This document shows, piece after piece, positions 50,791-63,200 of a stretch of 64,000 bases of DNA. The translations under genes were made by a program, and so were the position numbers. Positions within the stretch are counted from its first letter, which is position 1. Every line of letters starts with the position of its first letter. A model generated the notes under the pieces. It searched no databases and was not told the DNA's origin. It saw only the letters and a list, made by a program, of their open reading frames with translations. The DNA lies in the NCBI RefSeq assembly GCF_036971445.1, contig NC_091476.1, forward strand, positions 82,026,001 through 82,090,000, given 5' to 3'. Source of the DNA: Narcine bancroftii (lineage: Eukaryota).

Positions 50791-52829
50791 AGGGGCTTCG
50801 CTCGGTGTGACGGGACGGGGCTTCGCTCATTGTGACGGGACGGGGCTTCGCTCTTTGTGACGGGAGGGGACGGTGCTTCTCTCTTTATGACGGTACGGGG
50901 CTTCTCTCCTCGTGACGGTACGCGGCTTCTATCCTTGTGACGTGAGGGGGCTTCTCTCCTTGTGACGGGACGCGGCTTCTCTCCTTGTGACGGGGCGGGG
51001 CTTCTCTCCTCGTGATGGGACGCGGCTTCTCTCCTAGTGACGGGACGGGCTTTGCTCCTTGTGACGGGAGGGGCTTCGCTCTTTGTGTCGGGACGGGGCT
51101 TCGCTCTTTGTGAAGGGACGGGGTTTCGCTCTTTGTGACGGGATGGGGCTTCGCTCTTTGTGACGGGACGGGGCTTCGCTCTGTGTGACAGGACGTGGCT
51201 TTGCTCGGCGTGACGGGACGGGGCTTCGCTCTGTGTGACTGGAAGGGGCTTCGCTCGGTGTGACGGTCGGGGCTTTGCTCGGTATGACGGGACGGGGCTT
51301 CGCTCGGCGTGACGGGACGGGGCTTCGCTCTGTGTGACAGAACAGGGATTTGCTCTGTGTGACGGGATGGGGCTTTGCTCTGAGTGATGGTAATGGACTT
51401 CACTCTGTCTCCCCGCCCAGGAGTGTGTGAAAGATTGGGGCTTAGCTCTGTGTCCCCGCCCCAGGTGTGTGTGACATGACGGGACATTGCTCTGTTTGAC
51501 GGGAAGGGGCTTTGATCTCTGTGACGGGTCGGGGCGAGTCTTTGCTCTGTGTGACGGGACGGTGCTAGGCTTTGCTCTGTGTGGCTGGACAGGGCTTCGC
51601 TCTTTGTCACGGGACTGGGCTTTACTGTGTGTCCCTGCCCCGGTAGGGTGTGACGGGTTGGGGCTTTGCTCTGTGTCCCCGCCCCAGGTTTGTATGATGG
51701 GACGGGGCGTCACACCGTGTGACAGGAAGGGCCTACGCTCCATGTGCCGGGTCGGGGCTTCGCTCCCTGTGACGTGTCGGGGCTTCACTGCGCGTGACGG
51801 GACGGGGCTTCGCTCCGCGTGACGGGACGGCTCTTCGCTCTGTGTGATGGGCTCCGTCTTCACTCTGTGTGACGGGACGGGGCTTCTCACTGTGTGATGG
51901 GACGGGGCTTCGTTCTCGTGACGGGACGGGGCTTCGCACTTTGTGTCGGGACGGGGCTTCGCTCTTCGTGACGGGACGGGGATTCGGTCTTTGTGACGGA
52001 GTGTGTGATGGGACGGGGCTTCACTGCGCGTGACGGGACTGGGCTTTGCTCGGCGTGACGGGACGGTGCTTTGCTCGGTGTGACGGGACGGTGCTTTGCT
52101 CGGTGAGACTAGAAGGGGCTTTGCTCGGTGTGACGGGACTGGGCTTTGCTCGATGTTACTGGACGGGGCTTTGCTCGGTGTGATGGGACGGGGCTGTGCT
52201 CGGTGTGACGGGACGGGGCTTTGCTCTGTGTGACGGGACGCGGCTTCTCTCGGTGAGACGGGACGGGGCTTCGCTCTTTGTGACAGACCGGGGCTTCACT
52301 CTTTGTGACGGGATGGGGCTTCGTCTTTGTGACGGGACGGGGCTTCTCTCCTTGTGACGGGACGGGGCTTCTCTCCTTGTGACGGGATGGGGCTTTGCTC
52401 TTTGTGACGGGACTGGGCTTCACGCTGATTCGCTGCCATGGGAGTGTGTGACGGGAAGGGGCTTCGCTCTGTATGAACGGTATGGGGCGAGGCTTTGCTC
52501 TGTGTGACGGGAAGGGGCTTTGCTCGGCGTGACGGGACGGGGCTTCGCTCTGTGTGACGGGACGGTGCTTCGCTCTGTGTGAGGGGACGGGGCATCGCTC
52601 TTTGTGACGGGACGGGGCTTCGCACTTTTTGTCGGGACGGGTCTTCGCTCTTTGTTACAGGACGTGGCTTCGCTCTGTGTGACGGGACGTGGCTTTGCTC
52701 GGTGTGACGGGACGGGGCTTCGCTCTGTGTGACTGGAAGGGGCTTCGCTCGGTGTGACAGACCGGGGCTTCACTCTTTGTGACGGGACGGGGCTTCGCTC
52801 TGTGTGACAGAACAGGGATTTGCTCTGTG

Positions 52830-55800
52830 TGACGGGACGGGGCTTTGCTCTGTGTGCCTGGACGCGGCCTTGCTCCGTGTGAGGGGATGGGGTTTCCTCC
52901 GTGTGACGGGACGTGGCTTGCTCCGTGTAAGGCACGGCGCTTTGTTCCGAGTGACAGCTTCGCTCTTTGTGACGGGACGGGGCTTCTCTCTGTGTGACGG
53001 GACGGGGCTTTGCTCGCTGTAACGGGACGGAGCTTTGCTCGCTGTAACGGGACGGGGCTTTGCTCGGTGTGACGGGACCGTGCTTCGCTCGGTGTGACAG
53101 GACGGTGCTTCGCTCGGTGTGACGGGACGGGGCTTCGCTCCGTGTGACGGGACGGGGCTTCGCTCTGTGTGACGGAATAGGGATTTTCTCTGTGTGACCG
53201 GACGGGGCTTTACTCTGAGTGATGGTAATGGACTTCACTCTGTCTCCCCGCCCAGGAGTGTGTGAAGGATTGGGGCTTTGCTCTGTGTCCCCGCCCTAGG
53301 TGTGTGTGACGTGACTGGACATTGCTCTGTGTGACGGGAAGCGGCTTTGCTCTCTGTGAGGGGACGGTGCTAGGCTTTGCTCTGTGTTGCGGTACGGGGC
53401 TTCGCTCCCTGTGATGGGTCGGGGCTTCGCTGCGAGTGACGGTATGGGGCTTCGCTCGGTGTGACGGGACGGGGCTTCGCTCGGTGTGACGGGACGGCGC
53501 TTCGCTCCGTGTGACACGACGGGGCTTCGCTCCGTGTGCAAGGACGCGGCCTTGCTCCGTGTGAGGGGACGGGGTTTCCTCCGTGTGACGGGACGTGGCT
53601 TGCTCCGTGGAAGGCACGGGGCATTGTTCCGATTGACGGGACGCAGCTTCGCTCTGTGTGATGGGAGTGGACGAGGCTTTGCTCTGTGTGACCGGACAGG
53701 GATTCACAATTCGTGACGGTACGGGGCTTCGCTCTTTGTAACGGGACGGGGCTTCGCTCTGTGTGACGGGACAGGAGTTTGCTTGGCGTGACGGGACGGG
53801 GCTTCGCTCGGTGTGACGGGACGGGGCTTCGTTCGGTGTGACGGGACGGGGCTTCGCTCGGTGTGACCAGACGGGGCTTCGCTCCGTGTGAGGGGACGGG
53901 GCTTCGCTCTGTGTGACTGGACGGGGCTTTACTCTGAGTGATGGTAATGGACTTCACTCTGTCTCCCCGCCCAGGAGTATGTGAAGGATTGGGGCTTTGC
54001 TCTGTGTCCCCGTCCCAGATGTGTGTGACGTGACGGGACATTGCTCTGTTTGACGGGAAGGGGCTTTGCTCTCTGTGACGGGTCGGGGCGAGGCTATGCT
54101 CTGCGTGACGGGACGGTGCTAGGCTTTGCTCTGTGTGACTGGACGGGGCTTTACTCTGAGTGATGGTAATGGACTTCACTCTGTCTCCCCGCCCAGGAGT
54201 GTGTGAAGGATTGGGGCTTTGCTCTGTGTCCCCGTCCCAGATGTGTGTGACGTGACGGGACATTGCTCTGTTTGACGGGACGCAGCTTCGCTCTGTGTGA
54301 CGGAATGGGGCGAGACTTTGCTCTGTGTGACGGGACAGGGCCTCGCTCTTTGTGACGGGTTGGGGCTTTACTCTGTGTCCCTGCCATGGGTGTGTGTGAA
54401 GGGTTGTGGCTTTGCTCTGTGTGCCCACCCCAGGTGTGTGTGATGGGACGGGGCTTTGCTCGGAGTGACGGGACGGGGCTTCGCTCTTTGTGACAGACCG
54501 GGGCTTCACTCTTTGTGACGGGATGGGGCTTCGCTCTTTGTGACGGGACGGGGCTTCTCTCCTTGTGACGGGACGGGGCTTCTCTCCTTGTGACGGGATG
54601 GGGCTTTGCTCTTTGTGACGGGACTGGGCTTCACGCTGTGTCGCTGCCATGGGAGTGTGTGACGGGAAGGGTCTTCGCTCTGTATGAACGGTATGGGGCG
54701 AGGCTTTGCTCTGTGTGGCGGGACAGGGCTTCGCTCTTTGTGACGGGACGGGGCTTTACTGTGTGTCCCTGCCCCGGTAGGGTGTGATGGGTTGGGGCTT
54801 TGCTCTGTGTCCCCGCCACAGGTTTGTATGATGGGACGGGGCGTCACACCGTGTGACGGGAAGGGGCTACGCTCCGTGTGACGGGTCGGTGCTTGGCTCC
54901 CTGTGACGGGACGGGGCTTCGCTGCGTGTGAGGGGACGGGGTTTCGCTCTGTGTGACGGGACGGGGCTTCGCTCCGTGTGCCAGGACGCGGCCTTGCTCC
55001 GTGTGAGGGGATGGGGTTTCCTCCGTGTGACGGGACGTGGCTTGCTCCGTGTAAGGCACGGCGCTTTGTTCCGAGTGACAGCTTCGCTCTTCGTGACGGG
55101 ACGGGGCTTCTCTCTGTGTGACGGGACGGGGCTTTGCTCGCTGTAACGGGACGGGGCTTTGCTCGCTGTAACGGGACGGGGCTTTGCTCGGTGTGACGGG
55201 ACCGTGCTTCGCTCGGTTTGACAGGACGGGGCTTCGCTCGGTGTGACGGGACGGAGCTTCGCTCCGTGTGACGGGACGGGGCTTCGCACTGTGTGACGGA
55301 ATAGGGATTTGCTCTGTGTGACCGGACGGGGCTATACTCTGAGTGATGGTAATGGACTTCACTCTGTCTCCCCGCCCAGGAGTATGTGAAGGATTGGTGC
55401 TTTGCTCTGTGTCCCCGCCCCAGGTGTGTGTGACGTGACTGGACATTGCTCTGTGTGACGGGAAGGGGCTTTGCTCTCTGTGAGGGGACGGTGCTAGGCT
55501 TTGCTCTGTGTTGCGGTACGGGGCTTCGCTCCCTGTGATGGGTCGGGGCTTCGCTGCGAGTGACGGTATGGGGCTTCGCTCGGTGTGACGGGACGGGGCT
55601 TCGCTCGGTGTGACGGGACGGGGCTTCTCTCCTTGTGACGGGATGGGGCTTTGCTCTTTGTGACGGGACTGGGCTTCACGCTGATTCGCTGCCATGGGAG
55701 TGTGTGACGGGAAGGGGCTTCGCTCTGTATGAACGGTATGGGGCGAGGCTTTGCTCTGTGTGACGGGAAGGGGCTTTGCTCGGCGTGACGGGACGGGGCT

Positions 55801-58800
55801 TCGCTCTGTGTGACGGGACGGTGCTTCGCTCTGTGTGAGGGGACGGGGCATCGCTCTTTGTGACGGGACGGGGCTTCGCACTTTTTGTCGGGACGGGTCT
55901 TCGCTCTTTGTTACAGGACGTGGCTTCGCTCTGTGTGACGGGACGTGGCTTTGCTCGGTGTGACGGGACGGGGCTTCGCTCTGTGTGACTGGAAGGGGCT
56001 TCGCTCGGTGTGACAGACCGGGGCTTCACTCTTTGTGACGGGACGGGGCTTCGCTCTGTGTGACAGAACAGGGATTTGCTCTGTGTGACGGGATGGGGCT
56101 TTGCTCTGAGTGATGGTAATGGACTTCACTCTGTCTCCCCGCCCAGGAGTGTGTGAAAGATTGGGGCTTAGGTCTATGTCCCCGCCCCAGGTGTGTGTGA
56201 CATGACGGGACATTGCTCTGTTTGACGGGAAGGGGCTTTGATCTCTGTGACGGGTCGGGGCGAGGCTTTGCTCTGTGTGACGGGACGGTGCTAGGCTTTG
56301 CTCTGTGTGGCTGGACAGGGCTTCGCTCTTTGTCACGGGACTGGGCTTTACTGTGTGTCCCTGCCCCGGTAGGGTGTGACGGGTTGGGGCTTTGCTCTGT
56401 GTCCCCGCCCCAGGTTTGTATGATGGGACGGGGCGTCACACCGTGTGACAGGAAGGGCCTACGCTCCATGTGACGGGTCGGGGCTTCGCTCCCTGTGACG
56501 TGTCGGGGCTTCACTGCGCGTGACGGGACGGGGCTTCGCTCCGCGTGACGGGACGGCTCTTCGCTCTGTGTGATGGGCTCCGTCTTCACTCTGTGTGACT
56601 GGACGGGGCTTCTCACTGTGTGATGGGACGGGGCTTCGTTCTCGTGACAGGACGGGGCTTCGCACTTTGTGTCGGGACGGGGCTTCGCTCTTCGTGACGG
56701 GACGGGGATTCGGTCTTTGTGACGGAGTGTGTGACGGGACGGGGCTTCACTGCGCGTGACGGGACTTGTCTTTGCCTGGCGTGACGGGACGGTGCTTTGC
56801 TCGGTGTGACGGGACGGTGCTTTGCTCGGTGAGACTAGAAGGGGCTTTGCTCGGTGTGACGGGACTGGGCTTTGCTCGATGTGACTGGACGGGGCTTTGC
56901 TCGGTGTGATGGGACGGGGCTGTGCTCGGTGTGACGGGACGGGGCTTTGCTCTGTGTGACGGGACGCGGCTTTGCTCGGTGTGACTGGACGGGGCTTCGC
57001 TCTTTGTGACAGACCGGGGCTTCACTCTTTGTGACGGGATGGGGCTTCGCTCTTTGTGACGGGACGGGGCTTCTCTCCTTGTGACGGGATGGGGCTTTGC
57101 TCTTTGTGACGGGACTGGGCTTCACGCTGTGTCGCTGCCATGGGAGTGTGTGACGGGAAGGGTCTTCGCTCTGTATGAACGGTATGGGGCGAGGCTTTGC
57201 TCTGTGTGGCGGGACATTGCTTCGCTCTTTGTGACGGGACGGGGCTTTACTGTGTGTCCCTGCCCCGGTAGGGTGTGACGGGTTGGGGTTTTGCTCTGTG
57301 TCCCCGCCACAGGTTTGTATGATGGGACGGGGCGTCACACCGTGTGACGGGAAGGGGCTACGCTCCGTGTGGCGGGTCGGTGCTTGGCTCCCTGTGACGG
57401 GACGGGGCTTCGTTGCGTGTGAGGGGACGGGGTTTCGCTCTGTGTGACGGGACGGGGCTTTGCTCTGTGTGCCTGGACGCGGCCTTGCTCAGTGTGAGGG
57501 GATGGGGTTTCCTCCGTGTGACGGGACGTGGCTTGCTCCGTGTAAGGCACGGCGCTTTGTTCCGAGTGACAGCTTCGCTCTTTGTGACGGGACGGGGCTT
57601 CTCTCTGTGTGACGGGACGGGGCTTTGCTCGCTGTAACGGGACGGAGCTTTGCTCGCTGTAACGGGACGGGGCTTTGCTCGGTGTGACGGGACCGTGCTT
57701 CGCTCGGTGTGACAGGACGGTGCTTCGCTCGGTGTGACGGGACGGGGCTTCGCTCCGTGTGACGGGACGGGGCTTCGCTCTGTGTGACGGAATAGGGATT
57801 TTCTCTGTGTGACCGGACGGGGCTTTACTCTGAGTGATGGTAATGGACTTCACTCTGTCTCCCCGCCCAGGAGTGTGTGAAGGATTGGGGCTTTGCTCTG
57901 TGTCCCCGCCCTAGGTGTGTGTGACGTGACTGGACATTGCTCTGTGTGACGGGAAGCGGCTTTGCTCTCTGTGAGGGGACGGTGCTAGGCTTTGCTCTGT
58001 GTTGCGGTACGGGGCTTCGCTCCCTGTGATGGGTCGGGGCTTCGCTGCGAGTGACGGTATGGGGCTTCGCTCGGTGTGACGGGACGGGGCTTCGCTCGGT
58101 GTGACGGGACGGCGCTTCGCTCCGTGTGACACGACGGGGCTTCGCTCCGTGTGCAAGGACGCGGCCTTGCTCCGTGTGAGGGGACGGGGTTTCCTCCGTG
58201 TGACGGGACGTGGCTTGCTCCGTGGAAGGCACGGGGCATTGTTCCGATTGACGGGACGCAGCTTCGCTCTGTGTGATGGGAGTGGACGAGGCTTTGCTCT
58301 GTGTGACCGGACAGGGATTCACAATTCGTGACGGTACGGGGCTTCGCTCTTTGTAACGGGACGGGGTTTCGCTCTGTGTGACGGGACAGGAGTTTGCTTG
58401 GCGTGACGGGACGGGGCTTCGCTCGGTGTGACGGGACGGGGCTTCGCTCGGTGTGACGGGACGGGGCTTCGCTCGGTGTGACCAGACGGGGCTTCGCTCC
58501 GTGTGAGGGGACGGGGCTTCGCTCTGTGTGACTGGACGGGGCTTTACTCTGAGTGATGGTAATGGACTTCACTCTGTCTCCCCGCCCAGGAGTGTGTGAA
58601 GGATTGGGGCTTTGCTCTGTGTCCCCGTCCCAGATGTGTGTGACGTGACGGGACATTGCTCTGTTTGACGGGAAGGGGCTTTGCTCTCTGTGACGGGTCG
58701 GGGCGAGGCTATGCTCTGCGTGACGGGACGGTGCTAGGCTTTGCTCTGTGTGACTGGACGGGGCTTTACTCTGAGTGATGGTAATGGACTTCACTCTGTC

Positions 58801-60235
58801 TCCCCGCCCAGGAGTGTGTGAAGGATTGGGGCTTTGCTCTGTGTCCCCGTCCCAGATGTGTGTGACGTGACGGGACATTGCTCTGTTTGACGGGACGCAG
58901 CTTCGCTCTGTGTGACGGAATGGGGCGAGACTTTGCTCTGTGTGACGGGACAGGGCCTCGCTCTTTGTGACGGGTTGGGGCTTTACTCTGTGTCCCTGCC
59001 ATGGGTGTGTGTGAAGGGTTGTGGCTTTGCTCTGTGTGCCCACCCCAGGTGTGTGTGATGGGACGGGGCTTTGCTCGGAGTGACGGGACGGGGCTTCGCT
59101 CTTTGTGACAGACCGGGGCTTCACTCTTTGTGACGGGATGGGGCTTCGCTCTTTGTGACGGGACGGGGCTTCTCTCCTTGTGACGGGACGGGGCTTCTCT
59201 CCTTGTGACGGGATGGGGCTTTGCTCTTTGTGACGGGACTGGGCTTCACGCTGTGTCGCTGCCATGGGAGTGTGTGACGGGAAGGGTCTTCGCTCTGTAT
59301 GAACGGTATGGGGCGAGGCTTTGCTCTGTGTGGCGGGACAGGGCTTCGCTCTTTGTGACGGGACGGGGCTTTACTGTGTGTCCCTGCCCCGGTAGGGTGT
59401 GATGGGTTGGGGCTTTGCTCTGTGTCCCCGCCACAGGTTTGTATGATGGGACGGGGCGTCACACCGTGTGACGGGAAGGGGCTACGCTCCGTGTGACGGG
59501 TCGGTGCTTGGCTCCCTGTGACGGGACGGGGCTTCGCTGCGTGTGAGGGGACGGGGTTTCGCTCTGTGTGACGGGACGGGGCTTCGCTCCGTGTGCCAGG
59601 ACGCGGCCTTGCTCCGTGTGAGGGGATGGGGTTTCCTCCGTGTGACGGGACGTGGCTTGCTCCGTGTAAGGCACGGCGCTTTGTTCCGAGTGACAGCTTC
59701 GCTCTTCGTGACGGGACGGGGCTTCTCTCTGTGTGACGGGACGGGGCTTTGCTCGCTGTAACGGGACGGGGCTTTGCTCGCTGTAACGGGACGGGGCTTT
59801 GCTCGGTGTGACGGGACCGTGCTTCGCTCGGTTTGACAGGACGGGGCTTCGCTCGGTGTGACGGGACGGAGCTTCGCTCCGTGTGACGGGACGGGGCTTC
59901 GCTCTGTGTGACGGAATAGGGATTTGCTCTGTGTGACCGGACGGGGCTATACTCTGAGTGATGGTAATGGACTTCACTCTGTCTCCCCGCCCAGGAGTAT
60001 GTGAAGGATTGGGGCTTTGCTCTGTGTCCCCGCCCCAGGTGTGTGTGACGTGACTGGACATTGCTCTGTGTGACGGGAAGGGGCTTTGCTCTCTGTGAGG
60101 GGACGGTGCTAGGCTTTGCTCTGTGTTGCGGTACGGGGCTTCGCTCCCTGTGATGGGTCGGGGCTTCGCTGCGAGTGACGGTATGGGGCTTCGCTCGGTG
60201 TGACGGGACGGGGCTTCGCTCGGTGTGACGGGACG
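52830..60235 (+). repeat. About 2.8-kb block present twice at offset 4615 (about 52830-55620 and 57445-60235)
   Basis: ORF pairs 53210/57825, 53486/58101, 54151/58766, 54590/59205 and 54928/59543 differ by 4615; shared variants CCCTAGG, GAAGCGGC and CCGTGGAAGG. Confidence 0.86.
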
Positions 60236-63200
60236 GCGCTTCGCTCCGTGTGACACGACGGGGCTTCGCTCCGTGTGCAAGGACGCGGCCTTGCTCCGTG
60301 TGAGGGGACGGGGTTTCCTCCGTGTGACGGGACGTGGCTTGCTCCGTGTAAGGCACGGGGCATTGTTCCGATTGACGGGACGCAGCTTCGCTCTGCGTGA
60401 CGGGAGTGGACGAGGCTTTGCTCTGTGTGACCGGACAGGGATTCACAATTCGTGACGGTACGGGGCTTCGCTCTTTGTAACGGGACGGGGCTTCGCTCTG
60501 TGTGACGGGACAGGAGTTTGCTTGGCGTGACGGGACGGGGCTTCGCTCGGTGTGACGGGACGGGGCTTCGCTCGGTGTGACGGGACGGGGCTTCGCTCGG
60601 TGTGACCGGACGGGGCTTCGCTCCGTGTGACGGGACGGGGCTTCGCTCTGTGTGACGGGACGGGGCTTCGCTCGGTGTGACGGGACGGGGCTTCGCTCGG
60701 TGTGACCGGACGGAGCTTCGCTCCGTGTGACCGGATGGGGCTTCGCTCTGTGTGACGGAACAGGGATTTGCTCTGTGTGACTGGACGGGGCTTTACTCTG
60801 AGTGATGGTAATGGACTTCACTCTGTCTCCCCGCCCAGGAGTGTGTGAAGGATTGGGGCTTTGCTCTGTGTCCCCGTCCCAGATGTGTGTGACGTGACGG
60901 GACATTGCTCTGTTTGACGGGAAGGGGCTTTGCTCTCTGTGACGGGTCGGGGCGAGGCTATGCTCTGCGTGACGGGACGGTGCTAGGCTTTGCTCTGTGT
61001 GGCGGGACGTGGCTTCGCACCGTGTGCCAGGACGCGGCCTTGCTCCGTGTGAGGGGACGTGGTTTCCTCCGTGTGACGGGACGGGGCTTTGCTCCGTGTG
61101 ACGAGACGGCGCTTCGATCCGTGTGCCAGGACGCGGCCTTCCTCCGTGCAAGGCATGGGGCTTTCTTCCGCGTGACTGAACGGAGCTTCGCTCTGTGTGA
61201 CGGGAGTGGAGGAGGCTTTGCTCTGAGTGACGAGTCAGGGCATCGCTCTTCGTGACGGGTTGGGGCTTTGCTCTGTGTCCCCGCCCCAGGTTTGTATGAT
61301 GGGACGGGGCGTCACACCGTGTGAAGGGAAGGGGCTACGCTCCGTGTGACGGGTCGGGGCTTCGCTCCCTGTGACGGGTCGGGGCTTCGCTGCGCGTGAC
61401 GGGACGGGGCTTCGCTCTGCATGACGGGGCGGGGCTTCGCTCTGTGTGACGGGACGGAGATTTGCTCTGTGTGACGGGCTGGGTCTTCACTCTGTGTGAC
61501 GGGAAGGGGCTTTCTTGGGTGTGACAGGACGGGGCTTTGCTCGGCGTGACGGGACTGAGCTTTGCTCGTCGTGACGGGAGTGGGCTTTGCTCCGTGTGAC
61601 AGAACGGGGCTTCGCTCCGTGCGCCAGGACGCGGCCTTGCTCCGTGTGAGGGGACGGGGTTTCCTCCGTGTGACGGGATGTGGTTTGCTCCGTGTAAGGC
61701 ACGGGGCTTTGTTCCGATTGACGGGACGCAGCTTCGCTCTGTGTGACGGGAGTGGACGAGGCTTTGCTCTGTGTGACGGGACAGGGCCTCGCTCTTTGTG
61801 ACGGGTTGGGGCTTTACTCTGTGTCCCTGCCATGGGAGTGTGTGAAGGGTTGTGGCTTTGCTCTGTGTCCCCACCCCAGGTGTGTGTGATGGGACGGGGC
61901 TTTGCTCGGAGTGACGGGACGGGGCTTTGCTCGGCGTGACGGGACGGGGCTTTGCTCGGTGTGACTGGAAGGGCTTTGCTCGGTGTGATGGGACGGGGCT
62001 GTGCTCGGTGTGACTGGACGGGGCTTTGCTCGGTGTGACGGGACGGGGCTTCGCTCTTTGTGACAGGACGGGGCTTCGCTCTGTATGACGTGACGGGGAT
62101 TTGCTCTGGGTGACGGGACGGGCTTTACTCTGAGTGATGGTAATGGACTTCACTCTGTCTCCCCGCCCAGGAGTGTGTGAAGGATTGGGGCTTTGCTCTG
62201 TGTCCCCGCCCCAGGTGTGTGTGACGTGACGGGACATTGCTCTGTTTGACGGGAAGGGGCTTTGCTCTCTGTGACGGGTCAGGGCGAGGCTATGCTCTGT
62301 GTGACGGGACGGTGATAGGCTTTGCTCTGTGTGGCGGGACAAGGGATACCTCTTAGTGACGGGTCGGGGCTTCGCTGCGCGTGACGGGACGGGGCTACGC
62401 TCTGCGTGACGTGACGGGGCTTCGCTCTGTGTGACGGGACAGGGCTTCGCTCTGTGTGACGGAATGGGGCGAGACTTTGCTCTGTGTGACGGGACAGGGC
62501 CTCGCTCTTTGTGACGGGTTGGGGCTTTACTCTGTGTCCCTGCCATGGGTGTGTGTGAAGGGTTGTGGCTTTGCTCTGTGTGCCCACCCCAGGTGTGTGT
62601 GATGGGACGGGGCTTTGCTCGGAGTGACGGGACGGGGCTTCGCTCTTTGTGACAGACCGGGGCTTCACTCTTTGTGACGGGATGGGGCTTCGCTCTTTGT
62701 GACGGGACGGGGCTTCTCTCCTTGTGACGGGACGGGGCTTCTCTCCTTGTGACGGGATGGGGCTTTGCTCTTTGTGACGGGACTGGGCTTCACGCTGTGT
62801 CGCTGCCATGGGAGTGTGTGACGGGAAGGGTCTTCGCTCTGTATGAACGGTATGGGGCGAGGCTTTGCTCTGTGTGGCGGGACAGGGCTTCGCTCTTTGT
62901 GACGGGACGGGGCTTTACTGTGTGTCCCTGCCCCGGTAGGGTGTGATGGGTTGGGGCTTTGCTCTGTGTCCCCGCCACAGGTTTGTATGATGGGACGGGG
63001 CGTCACACCGTGTGACGGGAAGGGGCTACGCTCCGTGTGACGGGTCGGTGCTTGGCTCCCTGTGACGGGACGGGGCTTCGCTGCGTGTGAGGGGACGGGG
63101 TTTCGCTCTGTGTGACGGGACGGGGCTTGCTCCGTGTAAGGCACGGCGCTTTGTTCCGAGTGACAGCTTCGCTCTTTGTGACGGGACGGGGCTTCTCTCT

